The notes beneath the pieces are model-generated. The model did no database searches and was not told the origin of the DNA. It saw only the letters and a list, made by a program, of their open reading frames with translations. Shown one piece after another: positions 54,430-63,900 of a stretch of 64,000 bases of DNA. This stretch comes from a virus. The position numbers and the translations under genes were made by a program. The stretch lies in UHGV virus genome UHGV-0236300; one strand, written 5' to 3'. Each line of letters opens with the position of its first letter. Within the stretch, counting starts at the first letter, position 1.

Positions 54430-54632
54430 TAAAAACCTCCGTGGTATTCTTCAACTGCATCAATAATACTTTTACACTTATCTACCAGCTCGTTAGCCAC
54501 TACAGCATCGTCTTCCCAAACAGCCTCCTCAATCTGGTCAAGCAGTGATCGCATCTTTCCCATCATTTCTGGAATAAAGCTTTCTGAAAAGCTGTCTGGG
54601 ATTGTTAACTCTGGTGTCATTGCGGTCTCCAA
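54429..54632 (-). CDS. hypothetical acidic protein
   Basis: Short ORF coupled to its neighbours. Confidence 0.45.
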   Translation of the reverse strand: METAMTPELTIPDSFSESFIPEMMGKMRSLLDQIEEAVWEDDAVVANELVDKCKSIIDAVEEYHGGF

Positions 54633-54647
54633 TCATACTGTGCGTTA

Positions 54648-55088
54648 TTAGAAGTTTGTTTTTACACGTCCCTTTTCATCTACTTCGTTGTTAGCTAAAA
54701 GCGTTACAAAGTCTGTAAAACGAACATGAAGAACTCTTTTCTTATCTAGGTATCCTAAAGCCACACCTGAGAAATTTACCATCAAAGGGGCTAAAGAAGC
54801 TCTGGCACTGAGATGTTGCTGTTCCACTCTTCCAACACCTTTAGTATAAGAAGGGTTGAGATTGTAAGTTCTGAATCCAAGTTTTGTTGGAGCTTTAGAA
54901 TTAAAAACAACTTTATAACGTTTCTTACTCAGCTTATGTTCCAGAATAAGCATCCCCTTTTCACCACGGATAAGCTGAAAATCTGTAAAATGCTCTTTTA
55001 AGACAAAAGGTAGTGCCAGGCCCATAGCCTGCCCCCTTTGCACAGCTGTCTCACCAAAAGCTTTTGCATCAGTAAGCTCTTTAGTCAA
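54648..55088 (-). CDS. hypothetical protein
   Basis: ORF; no motif. Confidence 0.5.
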   Translation of the reverse strand: MTKELTDAKAFGETAVQRGQAMGLALPFVLKEHFTDFQLIRGEKGMLILEHKLSKKRYKVVFNSKAPTKLGFRTYNLNPSYTKGVGRVEQQHLSARASLAPLMVNFSGVALGYLDKKRVLHVRFTDFVTLLANNEVDEKGRVKTNF

Positions 55089-55090
55089 GT

Positions 55091-55882
55091 CTATAGATCA
55101 TACCTGGTCTCCAAAATGTATTGTAGTTCTTTCTTGCCTATACTCTTCATTCCAGCAGTCTTACCTGCTTCTTCTTGAAAAGAAGAATAGCATTCAGCAA
55201 ACACTCTGTCAACACCGTCAACTAAAGATTTTATGAAATATGTTGATTCTTCAGATTTTGGGTCATCATCCCCCAATACTTTTCCAGCATTATACCCAAC
55301 ACGTCTTATGCAGAAGTCGTAGTCATCTGGTGTACTAAAAGAAAATAGCTTATTCTCCCCAATCTCTACAGGATCCCTATTGCACACCTTTTTCTCCCAA
55401 ATTTGGAAAACACATGGCACGTCATAAGGTTTGCCGTTGAGTAAAAACGAGTTCTTGGGGCACCTTTCACTGTAAATAAGGTGCATCGACATGTCCAGTT
55501 TGTTTGCAAAAAATATTTTTTCAAATGTCCGTGGCAAGATGAAGGCTATAGCCCCACCAGGCTCTAGCAATGATGCGCAGTGGTTAAAAAACTTGCAAGC
55601 TAAAGACGAATTTTTGCCGAATGGGGGATTACCTATGAAGACATCAGCCTTAGGGTACACCTCTAAGAAGTCTGCCTTAATACACGGTGTTGGGCCTTCA
55701 AATTCAGGATCTGGTACCAAATCGTACGACAGTATCTCTGAAAATAGTTTTGAAAAAGAACCCTTTCCAGCAGAAGGCTCAACGTATGCACAACTCCCAT
55801 ACTTACCTTTTACTTTACCAACAAGATATTCTGCATACTCAGGGTCTGTGTAATATTTGTCGTTGGACTCTTTCTTGCTCAA
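55091..55882 (-). CDS. DNA N6-adenine methyltransferase (gamma-class)
   Basis: YYTDPEYAEYLV, motif I VEPSAGKGSF before motif IV IGNPPFG (gamma order). Confidence 0.7.
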   Translation of the reverse strand: MSKKESNDKYYTDPEYAEYLVGKVKGKYGSCAYVEPSAGKGSFSKLFSEILSYDLVPDPEFEGPTPCIKADFLEVYPKADVFIGNPPFGKNSSLACKFFNHCASLLEPGGAIAFILPRTFEKIFFANKLDMSMHLIYSERCPKNSFLLNGKPYDVPCVFQIWEKKVCNRDPVEIGENKLFSFSTPDDYDFCIRRVGYNAGKVLGDDDPKSEESTYFIKSLVDGVDRVFAECYSSFQEEAGKTAGMKSIGKKELQYILETRYDL

Positions 55883-55928
55883 AGTGCCTCCAAAAATGAA
55901 AAGGGAGGCGCAAGCCTCCCTCTACTTG

Positions 55929-56912
55929 TCAGATTATCTGAATCAGGGTGTTTTTCATCTCTTCTCTGGTACGGATGTTGTTACGATCACGAACAACAGA
56001 TCCACAACCTTCGCAGCGGTATGTTTTAAATGCACTCAGCTGAGTATACGCCAAAGCTTCTTCCTCGTGAAGGTGTTCTCCACCACAACGTGGGCAACGA
56101 ACTTTTGACTCCTCATCTTGGTAGTACAATGACATGTTAGGGTGCTGCTTGGCAAACGGACGCGCCAGCAAATACAGGCCTTCCAGAGACAAGATGTCCC
56201 CAACATTATACTCCCGCATCTGTTTAAACGCCTCAAGATCACCATGAACACACTTGATCCACATTTCAAATGTGTGGTCAATCAGCTTCTGTCGGGCCAG
56301 TTGGAAGTATTTACATGCATACTCTAACGTGTTTGCATTCAAACGGAATGCCTTTTTAATCATCTTGAGGGTGTCAACCTCTTTGTATGGACTTGTTGGC
56401 GGCAAACCGTGAAATGCAAATCGTTGGTTGGCCCACCCACAGTCAAAACCAGAGTTGTGCGCTACTGCGACATCACATTTATCCAGATAATACCACAAAT
56501 CTTGAATCAGTTCAAGATCGTTGTGGATATCCTCGCCCCACATTTTGTAATCGGGAAGAGCACAGTCAACCACGCTAGGGCTGTCTAACCATTTACCTGC
56601 GAAAGTTAGCATATAAGGCATAATTTCAATACCGCAGGTTTGAATGTTGGTCTTATAGTGCCCAAAGAACCAGCCGTTTGTTGGGGATGTCTCTGTATCA
56701 TACACCCAAACTTTAGCGCCCTTGTGTTCTTCAAGGAAGCGCTCCGTTGCCTCCCCTACAATCTCTGACATATTCTCTTGTGCACGTTTAAGCTGTAGCC
56801 GGATCCAGCTCTCACGTGACTCACGACCTAAAAATTCACGAGCAATCTGTCTATTAGTGTATCCCTGTTGCTTTAGTGTTAAAATTTGCTCAAGAGTTAA
56901 CTTTGTCATCAT
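55929..56912 (-). CDS. DEDDy-type 3'-5' exonuclease with N-terminal HTH-like and C-terminal zinc-ribbon segments
   Basis: Exo I VWVYDTETS, Exo II AHNSGFD, Exo III YNVGD; C-terminal CPRCGG...CEGCG. Confidence 0.7.
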   Translation of the reverse strand: MMTKLTLEQILTLKQQGYTNRQIAREFLGRESRESWIRLQLKRAQENMSEIVGEATERFLEEHKGAKVWVYDTETSPTNGWFFGHYKTNIQTCGIEIMPYMLTFAGKWLDSPSVVDCALPDYKMWGEDIHNDLELIQDLWYYLDKCDVAVAHNSGFDCGWANQRFAFHGLPPTSPYKEVDTLKMIKKAFRLNANTLEYACKYFQLARQKLIDHTFEMWIKCVHGDLEAFKQMREYNVGDILSLEGLYLLARPFAKQHPNMSLYYQDEESKVRCPRCGGEHLHEEEALAYTQLSAFKTYRCEGCGSVVRDRNNIRTREEMKNTLIQII

Positions 56913-56924
56913 CGTTAAGATTCC

Positions 56925-57146
56925 TTAGTAAAACTGAAGAATGTCTTTTAAAGCGAAGTCACGATATTCGCCCTTGTCTACATCAAATGCATGCATCAAC
57001 CACTGATCTTCTTTATGATAATCTGTAGAGCCAAACCATAAACTAGGCTCAGTAACGCAGCGATCTGCAACAACACCTTTCCAGTTACGGTATTTCATCC
57101 TGATCAGAACTGAATCGCAAGGATTGAATACCTTTTTCATCTCCAT
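56925..57146 (-). CDS. hypothetical protein
   Basis: Short ORF overlapping the endonuclease VII 3' end; start probably internal. Confidence 0.4.
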   Translation of the reverse strand: MEMKKVFNPCDSVLIRMKYRNWKGVVADRCVTEPSLWFGSTDYHKEDQWLMHAFDVDKGEYRDFALKDILQFY

Positions 57147-57690
57147 AGAAATCTCTCTCCTCAGTTTTCTTTATAAACTCCTGCATGTAGGCCTCAATAG
57201 CCTCATGCTTGGTATACTCTGAATTAATGACAAGATCTAGATCCGATTCTGCCCGTGCAATAATCGTAGCTTTAGAGCATCTCCTCAAGAACTTTGTCAT
57301 ATCGTCCCTGTAGTTTTTGTGGAGCGGGAAGTCGCTGTAGTCTTTCTCCAGATAGTCAGCCATCCGGCGCAACGCCTCTGATAAACTGCAATCTGTATAC
57401 TCGTTACAGTATTTCATCCAGTATTTAAGCACATACCCCTCAAAGGTATTAGTGCATTGGGACAAAACACCCCTGCAACGACCAGTCAGATGATCATGAT
57501 CTAAACAAGGCTTACGAAGTGGTTCGCACAAGATCGGATCAAGACCATCCTGCTCTTCTGACAATTCTTTCCGAAAGTTAGCTATGTCCTTAGAATCTTT
57601 TAGCCACCCGCTATGAACGGGGGCTTTGACAGCTTTCTTTCTTATTTTACGCTTTGCGATAATCCCTCCAGATGCGCCCTGCCTATCCAA
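57085..57690 (-). CDS. endonuclease VII-like junction-resolving enzyme
   Basis: CLDHDHLTGRCRGVLSQCTNTFEG parallels the T4 gp49 zinc/active-site segment HLDHDHELNG...RGLLCNLCN..EG. Confidence 0.75.
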   Translation of the reverse strand: MDRQGASGGIIAKRKIRKKAVKAPVHSGWLKDSKDIANFRKELSEEQDGLDPILCEPLRKPCLDHDHLTGRCRGVLSQCTNTFEGYVLKYWMKYCNEYTDCSLSEALRRMADYLEKDYSDFPLHKNYRDDMTKFLRRCSKATIIARAESDLDLVINSEYTKHEAIEAYMQEFIKKTEERDFYGDEKGIQSLRFSSDQDEIP

Positions 57691-58271
57691 TAAGCATCTG
57701 CGAGATCGGCCTTACCTTGTACCAAATTGATCCCATCTAGGAACCCCGGTTCAGATACTTCGCAGGCCTTAACCATCAACTTTTTATCCATCGTAACAGG
57801 TTTCTTCACAGTAAGCTCCTTACCTGTCCTTTTGTCAAGCTTTTTCTTCTCCTCAAAAGCAAGTTCTTCAGGAAGATGACTACGAGCAAACTTTTTGGCA
57901 GTTGTTGGTGTCACTGTGTGAACCTTAAACAGGCCGTCATTTTCACAATCTGCTAAAGCATCCCAAAGCATAACTTCAAGACCGTAAAACAACCCAGCCA
58001 GTTCACGTGTGGCATCTCCTCGCGATCCGAAGGAGAGCCCTTCCATAACCACGGTGTCAACGCCGTGCGTGTGGATATAATATCTAACCTGTTTGCAGAT
58101 CCAGTCAATACGCTCAGCAGCTGTTGCAAAAGAAACCGTCCCTGGTTTCTTCTCTTTTGCAGACGAGCTTTGGGTTCGTAACACAACCTTATGAACAGGC
58201 CTACCATCGTCCCATACAACGCAGGCAGTGTGGGTAAGAGACTGGTCTATAGACAGCAGTCTTTCTCTCAT
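57642..58271 (-). CDS. putative RuvC-like Holliday junction resolvase
   Basis: N-terminal LSIDQSLTHTACVV (RuvC-like Asp motif) and VVMEGLSFGS...ATRELA (Glu motif); weak, by eye. Confidence 0.4.
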   Translation of the reverse strand: MRERLLSIDQSLTHTACVVWDDGRPVHKVVLRTQSSSAKEKKPGTVSFATAAERIDWICKQVRYYIHTHGVDTVVMEGLSFGSRGDATRELAGLFYGLEVMLWDALADCENDGLFKVHTVTPTTAKKFARSHLPEELAFEEKKKLDKRTGKELTVKKPVTMDKKLMVKACEVSEPGFLDGINLVQGKADLADAYWIGRAHLEGLSQSVK

Positions 58272-58594
58272 GCTGTTTCCTCTTCATCTGGGGCATAAGC
58301 TTTGTCTTTGAACAACACAAGGGAGCAAAGCTTAACATCTGTTTCCACACTGGTAAACATGCATAACCGCTCGCCCTCGATCAGCTCACAGTCCTCTTTT
58401 AAAACAGCAGACCATACACGATCATCTGCGTAATCATCAGTATACAAGATGTATGCAATAGTATCATCTTCATACAATCGCCACATACCTGTGGCAACAA
58501 TAAATGTATTTTTTGTTTTAATGGTGCCTGTTGTATGATCATCCTCAAAAACAGCTTCCATAATTGCATTATCTACAGAATTTTTAGTCATCAA
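58268..58594 (-). CDS. hypothetical protein
   Basis: ORF coupled to its neighbours. Confidence 0.5.
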   Translation of the reverse strand: MMTKNSVDNAIMEAVFEDDHTTGTIKTKNTFIVATGMWRLYEDDTIAYILYTDDYADDRVWSAVLKEDCELIEGERLCMFTSVETDVKLCSLVLFKDKAYAPDEEETA

Positions 58595-59730
58595 ATTGCT
58601 CCAACATTTCTAAGAACGTTAACAAGTTTTGTTTGATCATTGAATGTTCGCTTCATATACAAACAGTCAAAAATTATACTCATCCACTGGCCTACGGAAA
58701 TCCTACGGTCGATACCATTGAAATCAGTATACTTAACGGCACCTTTCGGAAACCATTTTTTATACTGATCAATAATTGCTAACCACATCTCTTTCGGTGT
58801 GCTGCACTGAGACAGTAAGGAGAATGCAGATGCATCTCCAAACTTTCCTTTACCAATAAGCCCTTGGTAAGGCTTAATATTGTCAGCCGAGTCACCACAC
58901 AGCATTTGATAACCGAAGAACAACATTCCATACCCACCAACATCGCCGTTTGGTTTCATGAATATGTTACCCATACCGTTATCAATGAGCATAGGTGTCT
59001 CTCTTACAAAATCACCTTTATCGTTCCTCATCGGATCGAATACAAGCCCAGGAAGTGTTCGCTGGTCCTTATCTATAGAGATAATAAACTTGTTGAACTT
59101 TCCTGTTTTCTGGTAGTGGTTCCAACCTTCAAATTGCTGGATAGCTAACCAGTCGTCAGCTTCAATACCGTTGATCACTTGAGCGTTATATTGCTTTTGT
59201 AGATACTGTCTTGCATCTTCAAGCAACAGTGGTCGAAGAGTATTGTTACGGTTGGCTTTATATCGTTCCGGCATGGGAAGATCTAGTCTGAAATTGCCTG
59301 TTCCTCCAAGCACCCCTACGCACCGATCTTCAGGAATACCGAGATAGTTAAGGACTGCATTAGCTTTACACTTAATTGTGTGCAAGCAGTTCTCTACAGG
59401 ATCAGGGGTTTGGATATCCAAGACATCAAAATCTTCGCGTGTCCACGGAATAAACTCCTTGCCAGCTTTTTTACATGCAGCTTCACGGTTGGTGTTCTCA
59501 GCCTTTAACCAACCGCCAACTGCGTTCTTCTGCCTCCCCCAAAATTCTGTTCGTGTTTTAAACACCTTCTTACGTCCGGAGGCTTTATGTGTTACCTCAA
59601 TTGTCCTTTTTTCACAACTTGCTGCAGCTTGATATGCAACCTGATCGAAGTCATAATAAACTATAGCGTCAGGTTCAAGAAGATCAGCTAGACAATCTAT
59701 AGACTCAATAAGTGGATATTCTCTACTCAA
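58591..59730 (-). CDS. 5'-3' exonuclease / flap endonuclease (FEN family)
   Basis: LCGDSADNIKPYQGLIGKGKFGDASAFSLL parallels the Pol I 5'-nuclease motif GDSSDNIPGVPGIGEKTA..LL. Confidence 0.7.
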   Translation of the reverse strand: MSREYPLIESIDCLADLLEPDAIVYYDFDQVAYQAAASCEKRTIEVTHKASGRKKVFKTRTEFWGRQKNAVGGWLKAENTNREAACKKAGKEFIPWTREDFDVLDIQTPDPVENCLHTIKCKANAVLNYLGIPEDRCVGVLGGTGNFRLDLPMPERYKANRNNTLRPLLLEDARQYLQKQYNAQVINGIEADDWLAIQQFEGWNHYQKTGKFNKFIISIDKDQRTLPGLVFDPMRNDKGDFVRETPMLIDNGMGNIFMKPNGDVGGYGMLFFGYQMLCGDSADNIKPYQGLIGKGKFGDASAFSLLSQCSTPKEMWLAIIDQYKKWFPKGAVKYTDFNGIDRRISVGQWMSIIFDCLYMKRTFNDQTKLVNVLRNVGAI

Positions 59731-60031
59731 AGACCCTCCTGTTAGTTACTCTGCAAGATGGTTGGATGCTGTAATGGAATGCATCATCACTCTCTGCAAT
59801 AAGAGACTCAACATCCCAATATTTTTCAAAAAGGAACGGATTAGACCCCCAGTGGTGGGTTATTTTCATCAAGGAGTCTGGTATCAGATAGCCACAAATC
59901 TTAATTACATCACCAGGTTGAATGGTGTTTTCATGAAGGTTGCTTGCCTTCTTCAGGATCATACCTTTATGATTCTCGTTTGCATACAACTGGACAATAT
60001 CTTTATCTTCAACAATAAAAATTTTAAGCAT
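59723..60031 (-). CDS. hypothetical protein
   Basis: ORF; no motif. Confidence 0.5.
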   Translation of the reverse strand: MLKIFIVEDKDIVQLYANENHKGMILKKASNLHENTIQPGDVIKICGYLIPDSLMKITHHWGSNPFLFEKYWDVESLIAESDDAFHYSIQPSCRVTNRRVFE

Positions 60032-60090
60032 GTCTAGTTCTCCTAGTTTATAAATATCTGACTGATAATATCAGATTAATAGAACTTTTG

Positions 60091-60384
60091 TCAAGACTTT
60101 TTAGTCTTTCTTGGAGAGCCTTTTGTTGATCTTTTCCTTTTGTGGTAGATTCCAAGTGCGGCGTTTTCTTGGGCGCACGTTTTAACAGTTCTCAGACAAG
60201 AACTTTCAGCTTTAGGCAGGTTTAACTCCCACCAACCAAGCCAGTAAAGTTCTGATTCAGACAATTGCTCAGATTCAGCCTTCCGATACAATGATTGCAT
60301 ACCTCTGATAATGTCGTCCAGAGGCGTATCAAATACAAAAGCTGTCTTATCGAATTTCTCTTTTACAGGTTTCTTAGCCATCAA
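60091..60384 (-). CDS. hypothetical basic protein
   Basis: ORF; Lys/Arg-rich C-terminus. Confidence 0.5.
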   Translation of the reverse strand: MMAKKPVKEKFDKTAFVFDTPLDDIIRGMQSLYRKAESEQLSESELYWLGWWELNLPKAESSCLRTVKTCAQENAALGIYHKRKRSTKGSPRKTKKS

Positions 60385-60838
60385 GGTAACCCTCTATCCA
60401 CGAAAAGTCAGTCTTCCATTCCGGAACTTTACTAAGCTCACGCCACTCTGCAAAGCAGTCTCGGTAATACGCCTCTGCCATACCCTTGGTGATCTTATTC
60501 ACCTTAGCCAACTGATTAACTGCCTGAGCATACTTTCCACGGATATTTGCTAACCCAGGATGCACCGATGTGTGACAATCTGGGCACAACGCTATCAGTC
60601 CGACAAGCCGGATCACTCCCTCTTCGAAAGTGTAAAGTTCATGACACTCCACCGGATGTTTGCTGCCTTTACCGCCGCACACCTCACAAGTATAGTTGGC
60701 TTCTCTGTAGCACTTCTTACGGATCTTATCCCACTCACTCTTCTTCACAGCGTTTCGGAGATTATTATACCAAGCTGTCTCTGGGATCAGCTGTACAATA
60801 AGCCTGCGTTCAGACTTCATTAAACGTCCGTCTTCCAC
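60374..60838 (-). CDS. zinc-binding protein, possible HNH-like nuclease fold
   Basis: CEVCGG...HPVECHELY...LCPDCH cysteine/histidine spacing reminiscent of zinc-bound HNH motifs. Confidence 0.4.
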   Translation of the reverse strand: MEDGRLMKSERRLIVQLIPETAWYNNLRNAVKKSEWDKIRKKCYREANYTCEVCGGKGSKHPVECHELYTFEEGVIRLVGLIALCPDCHTSVHPGLANIRGKYAQAVNQLAKVNKITKGMAEAYYRDCFAEWRELSKVPEWKTDFSWIEGYLDG

Positions 60839-60847
60839 GTATCCTCC

Positions 60848-61054
60848 TCATTCAAAGAAATGGGTGCGAGGGCAGGAACCTGCCTCGCCTTGTTTCACAA
60901 GCTCGTAGAGCTCACCTTGGCTTGTCTCATAAAGGCAAATACGTTTACCATTGTCCCGATATACATCCACAAGATACGCTGTTTCACCTGCAAACACGAC
61001 ACCACAGGCAAGGCATGCTGCCATGAACAAAATTGCCAACAGAAAATCTTTCAT
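60848..61054 (-). CDS. small secreted or lipoprotein-like Cys-containing protein
   Basis: N-terminal signal-like FLLAILFMAACLACGVVFAG; immediately downstream of the endolysin. Confidence 0.5.
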   Translation of the reverse strand: MKDFLLAILFMAACLACGVVFAGETAYLVDVYRDNGKRICLYETSQGELYELVKQGEAGSCPRTHFFE

Positions 61055-61117
61055 GGTTAAACCCTCTTGAGTACTTTATGAGGTAACAATACCACATCCA
61101 TGTGGTCATGTCAATGA

Positions 61118-61588
61118 CTAATCTAGGACAACACCGCCTGACTTTTTAAACACCTCGATCAACTTTTCGATCTTCTGTTCGTGCTGACCATACCCTGCAC
61201 CAGGAAGGCTTGCCCATCGGGATCTGCAAAGATGGATGGCCTGATGAATACGACCTTCATCAATATCATCGAGCGCCTTGCACTCACGGATCAATTGTAG
61301 TGCGATCTTATCCTGACTGGCAGGGCCAAAATCTGGTAATCCTAACTGTTTCATATAGTGTTTAGCAAACTTCTCCAAAACTTGGTAGCGACCCGCAGCA
61401 GAGGAGGTAAGTTTAGCATTTAGCTTAACGTACACACCTGGATGCTTACTGTAATCGCTAAACAGCTTGCCACCGACTATGACATCATAGCCACGATCCT
61501 TGGTAGGTTGTCTACCATTATCTGTGCCTTCTGAATATGCGATCATATCCAAGAAAGCTTTTCGTTGAACATTTTTATCAAGTTTCAT
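61118..61588 (-). CDS. endolysin, lambda R-like lytic transglycosylase
   Basis: NVQRKAFLDMIAYSEGTDNGRQPTKDRGYDVIVGG...GRYQVL...WASLPGAGYGQHE is near-collinear with lambda R, including the catalytic Glu in SEGTD. Confidence 0.9.
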   Translation of the reverse strand: MKLDKNVQRKAFLDMIAYSEGTDNGRQPTKDRGYDVIVGGKLFSDYSKHPGVYVKLNAKLTSSAAGRYQVLEKFAKHYMKQLGLPDFGPASQDKIALQLIRECKALDDIDEGRIHQAIHLCRSRWASLPGAGYGQHEQKIEKLIEVFKKSGGVVLD

Positions 61589-61712
61589 TTTTCATACTCT
61601 CCAGTTTACTCATAACTAACCAGATCAACAACACTGCATAATGTGGTTATGCAGGGGCCAATTGAAAAACCATCATTCAATTGGCTACCGTTATCTACTG
61701 AACATCCCTACA

Positions 61713-62996
61713 TTATTCCAGCACCTCCCAAGTGTCTGGGTTAACATTTCGGACACAGATGCCGACAGGGAATTGGTAGTTGTTGTCTTCTGTCCTTGCT
61801 TGATATTTGAAGGTGACAAACTTGCCGATCATTTCCTGCATCCTGTCATAGCTGCGCTCCTCGTGCGTACCTTTCATCTTCATTTTAACAACGATACCTT
61901 CCTTGTCAACACAGATAAGAACACCTTCATCATTCTTATCTTTCTCAACGTCAATAACTTTCACCTCAGCATCGTTGAACTTTTTCCATTTCAATGCTTC
62001 GGATGTTCGCTGACCGTATTCGTATTTACCACAGAAGTTACGCATGATAGTACCTTCATATCCTTCGGACATGAATACACCAACAGATTCTTCGCAATGA
62101 TCAACTGTGTACGCAAGCTCTGCGTCAACAACCTTGATATTGTCAAGCATCAGAGTGGCAATGGTATCTTCTGCATCCATGAGATCCTTGCATCGTCCAG
62201 ATTCTGTTTCCGGATCCCACCATACCTTGTCACTAGGGATGTCGAAAATATGATACTCTAAGTCATAGCTACAGTACCCTCCGTAACGCAAATCATCACG
62301 AACAGGCTCAACATCAACAGGAATATCTACCTTATTGAAGTTTTTGTATGTTGATAAGCCTGCCTTAATTGCGGCATGACGGCGTTTTTTATCTGCCTCG
62401 TAGTCTTTATCGATCTCGGCCTGAATCTCTTCCTGTGTGCGCCACCGTTTAGCAAGAGACACTATTTTCTGCAGAGGCAGACCATGAATATAGATCTCTC
62501 CGTCGAGCTGTTTAATCCCGGTGGTGAAGTGGAAAGAACGAAGTTGCTCCAGAAGCTTTCCTTGAATAGGGTAGGACTTATTACCACGGGAAATAAATTT
62601 AGGCTCACCGTTTTGGAAAACAACCAGTAGACGAAGGCCATCTAACTTACGCAAGATCCAGCAAGGCAATTTAAGTGCCTTTCCACGCTTCAGGTAGTCA
62701 TGCACCAGCATGGGTAAAAGGTCAACACCCTGCTCGCAATCTTCCATATTTTCAACATACCCCAGACGGACTTGTTTTTCCCACTTACTGATCGCTTCCA
62801 GCTCAGCCTGTTGCTCAGCTGTAGTTTCATTGGCACGACCCACGTTCTTAGGTGTGCAGATCGTCTCTTTGTATTGCAGTTTACCATCAAGCTTGCCAAA
62901 CTCTACGATAACCTTATCACCATCCGTGAATACTTTCCACTGTTGGTAGCTGCCATCTTTGTTCAGTGCGTACAGTGTTGTTTTAATCTGATGCAT
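61713..62996 (-). CDS. ATP-dependent DNA ligase
   Basis: Adenylation motif I KLDGLR (KxDGxR), motif IV-like EGTIMR, motif V-like KWKKF. Confidence 0.8.
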   Translation of the reverse strand: MHQIKTTLYALNKDGSYQQWKVFTDGDKVIVEFGKLDGKLQYKETICTPKNVGRANETTAEQQAELEAISKWEKQVRLGYVENMEDCEQGVDLLPMLVHDYLKRGKALKLPCWILRKLDGLRLLVVFQNGEPKFISRGNKSYPIQGKLLEQLRSFHFTTGIKQLDGEIYIHGLPLQKIVSLAKRWRTQEEIQAEIDKDYEADKKRRHAAIKAGLSTYKNFNKVDIPVDVEPVRDDLRYGGYCSYDLEYHIFDIPSDKVWWDPETESGRCKDLMDAEDTIATLMLDNIKVVDAELAYTVDHCEESVGVFMSEGYEGTIMRNFCGKYEYGQRTSEALKWKKFNDAEVKVIDVEKDKNDEGVLICVDKEGIVVKMKMKGTHEERSYDRMQEMIGKFVTFKYQARTEDNNYQFPVGICVRNVNPDTWEVLE

Positions 62997-63265
62997 TACT
63001 CAGCCTCTTCCTTAAAAATTTTAAACATCTCTTCTTTGCTCATTACCAACCAGTCTCCCATAAAGTCAACTAACCAATCCCCTTGGTACAAGACCAGGTT
63101 ACCAAACGGCTCGACAAGCTCACACATGCGGAGAATATCTCTGGTCCGAACAGGTGACGGTGTAAACACACCTGTATCAATCCACCGTTGCAGATCAGAT
63201 ACTGATGAAGAGCTTCCGTCAAACTGGTGTGCTTCTACAGGTTTAGCAAGATTAAATAACGGCAT
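62996..63265 (-). CDS. hypothetical protein
   Basis: ORF coupled to the ligase gene. Confidence 0.5.
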   Translation of the reverse strand: MPLFNLAKPVEAHQFDGSSSSVSDLQRWIDTGVFTPSPVRTRDILRMCELVEPFGNLVLYQGDWLVDFMGDWLVMSKEEMFKIFKEEAE

Positions 63266-63560
63266 TGCAGTCCTCCTTCTCTAATAGGTCTTTTATCGGG
63301 TAAACAAGTAGGTGTGGATCGTAATAATTTATAGTTTTATTCTGCCACACTATGAACTTAATTACAACTAAATTTACCACATCTTTATCTCCATGCAGTC
63401 CAACACACAGATTTGTCCATACTTTGTGGTTGAATACTTTGCTGTCGATATAGATCTTAGTGTCAAACTTATCCTCTATCCTACCTATAAGTTTAACCAA
63501 TTCTTTCATCTGATCCCCAAACACATCATCGTTTTCAAGATCTCTGGAGTGCTTGTACAT
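63252..63560 (-). CDS. hypothetical protein
   Basis: ORF; no motif. Confidence 0.5.
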   Translation of the reverse strand: MYKHSRDLENDDVFGDQMKELVKLIGRIEDKFDTKIYIDSKVFNHKVWTNLCVGLHGDKDVVNLVVIKFIVWQNKTINYYDPHLLVYPIKDLLEKEDCNAVI

Positions 63561-63584
63561 AACTTTCTACCTCACTTGCATACT

Positions 63585-63618
63585 TTCCGAAACAAGTAAA
63601 GCCGGGATCGCCCCGGCT
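63585..63618 (-). terminator. candidate rho-independent terminator (minus strand)
   Basis: On the minus strand AGCCGGG-GCGAT-CCCGGCT hairpin followed by TTACTTGTTTC. Confidence 0.45.
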
Positions 63619-63624
63619 ATGTTA

Positions 63625-63900
63625 TTAAATATATTCTGTTACATCCTTGAAGCTTGAAGGCTTCATAATCTTACCTTTACTGTCGAGGAATATGATAACT
63701 TTATTTCCGTTGTAGAATTCTTCTTTAGCAACAAAACCTTCATAGCGACCATCAAAGCGTCGCTCAAGATCTTTAATCTCCAACTCGATGAGTTGTTCAG
63801 CAGGCATATCTGCACTGGCACCGTGTGAATGCCGCAGATGGTTGACACGTGCAAACTTGCTGTCATTAGATTTTAGAACCTTCCGCATCATCCCGCACAC
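63625..63900 (-). CDS. hypothetical protein
   Basis: ORF; upstream region runs to the window edge. Confidence 0.5.
   Translation of the reverse strand: MCGMMRKVLKSNDSKFARVNHLRHSHGASADMPAEQLIELEIKDLERRFDGRYEGFVAKEEFYNGNKVIIFLDSKGKIMKPSSFKDVTEYI

Noticed and set aside
61641-62261. 206-aa plus-strand ORF
   Set aside because: Antisense to the well-supported DNA ligase gene; low-complexity Phe/Leu/Asn-rich translation.
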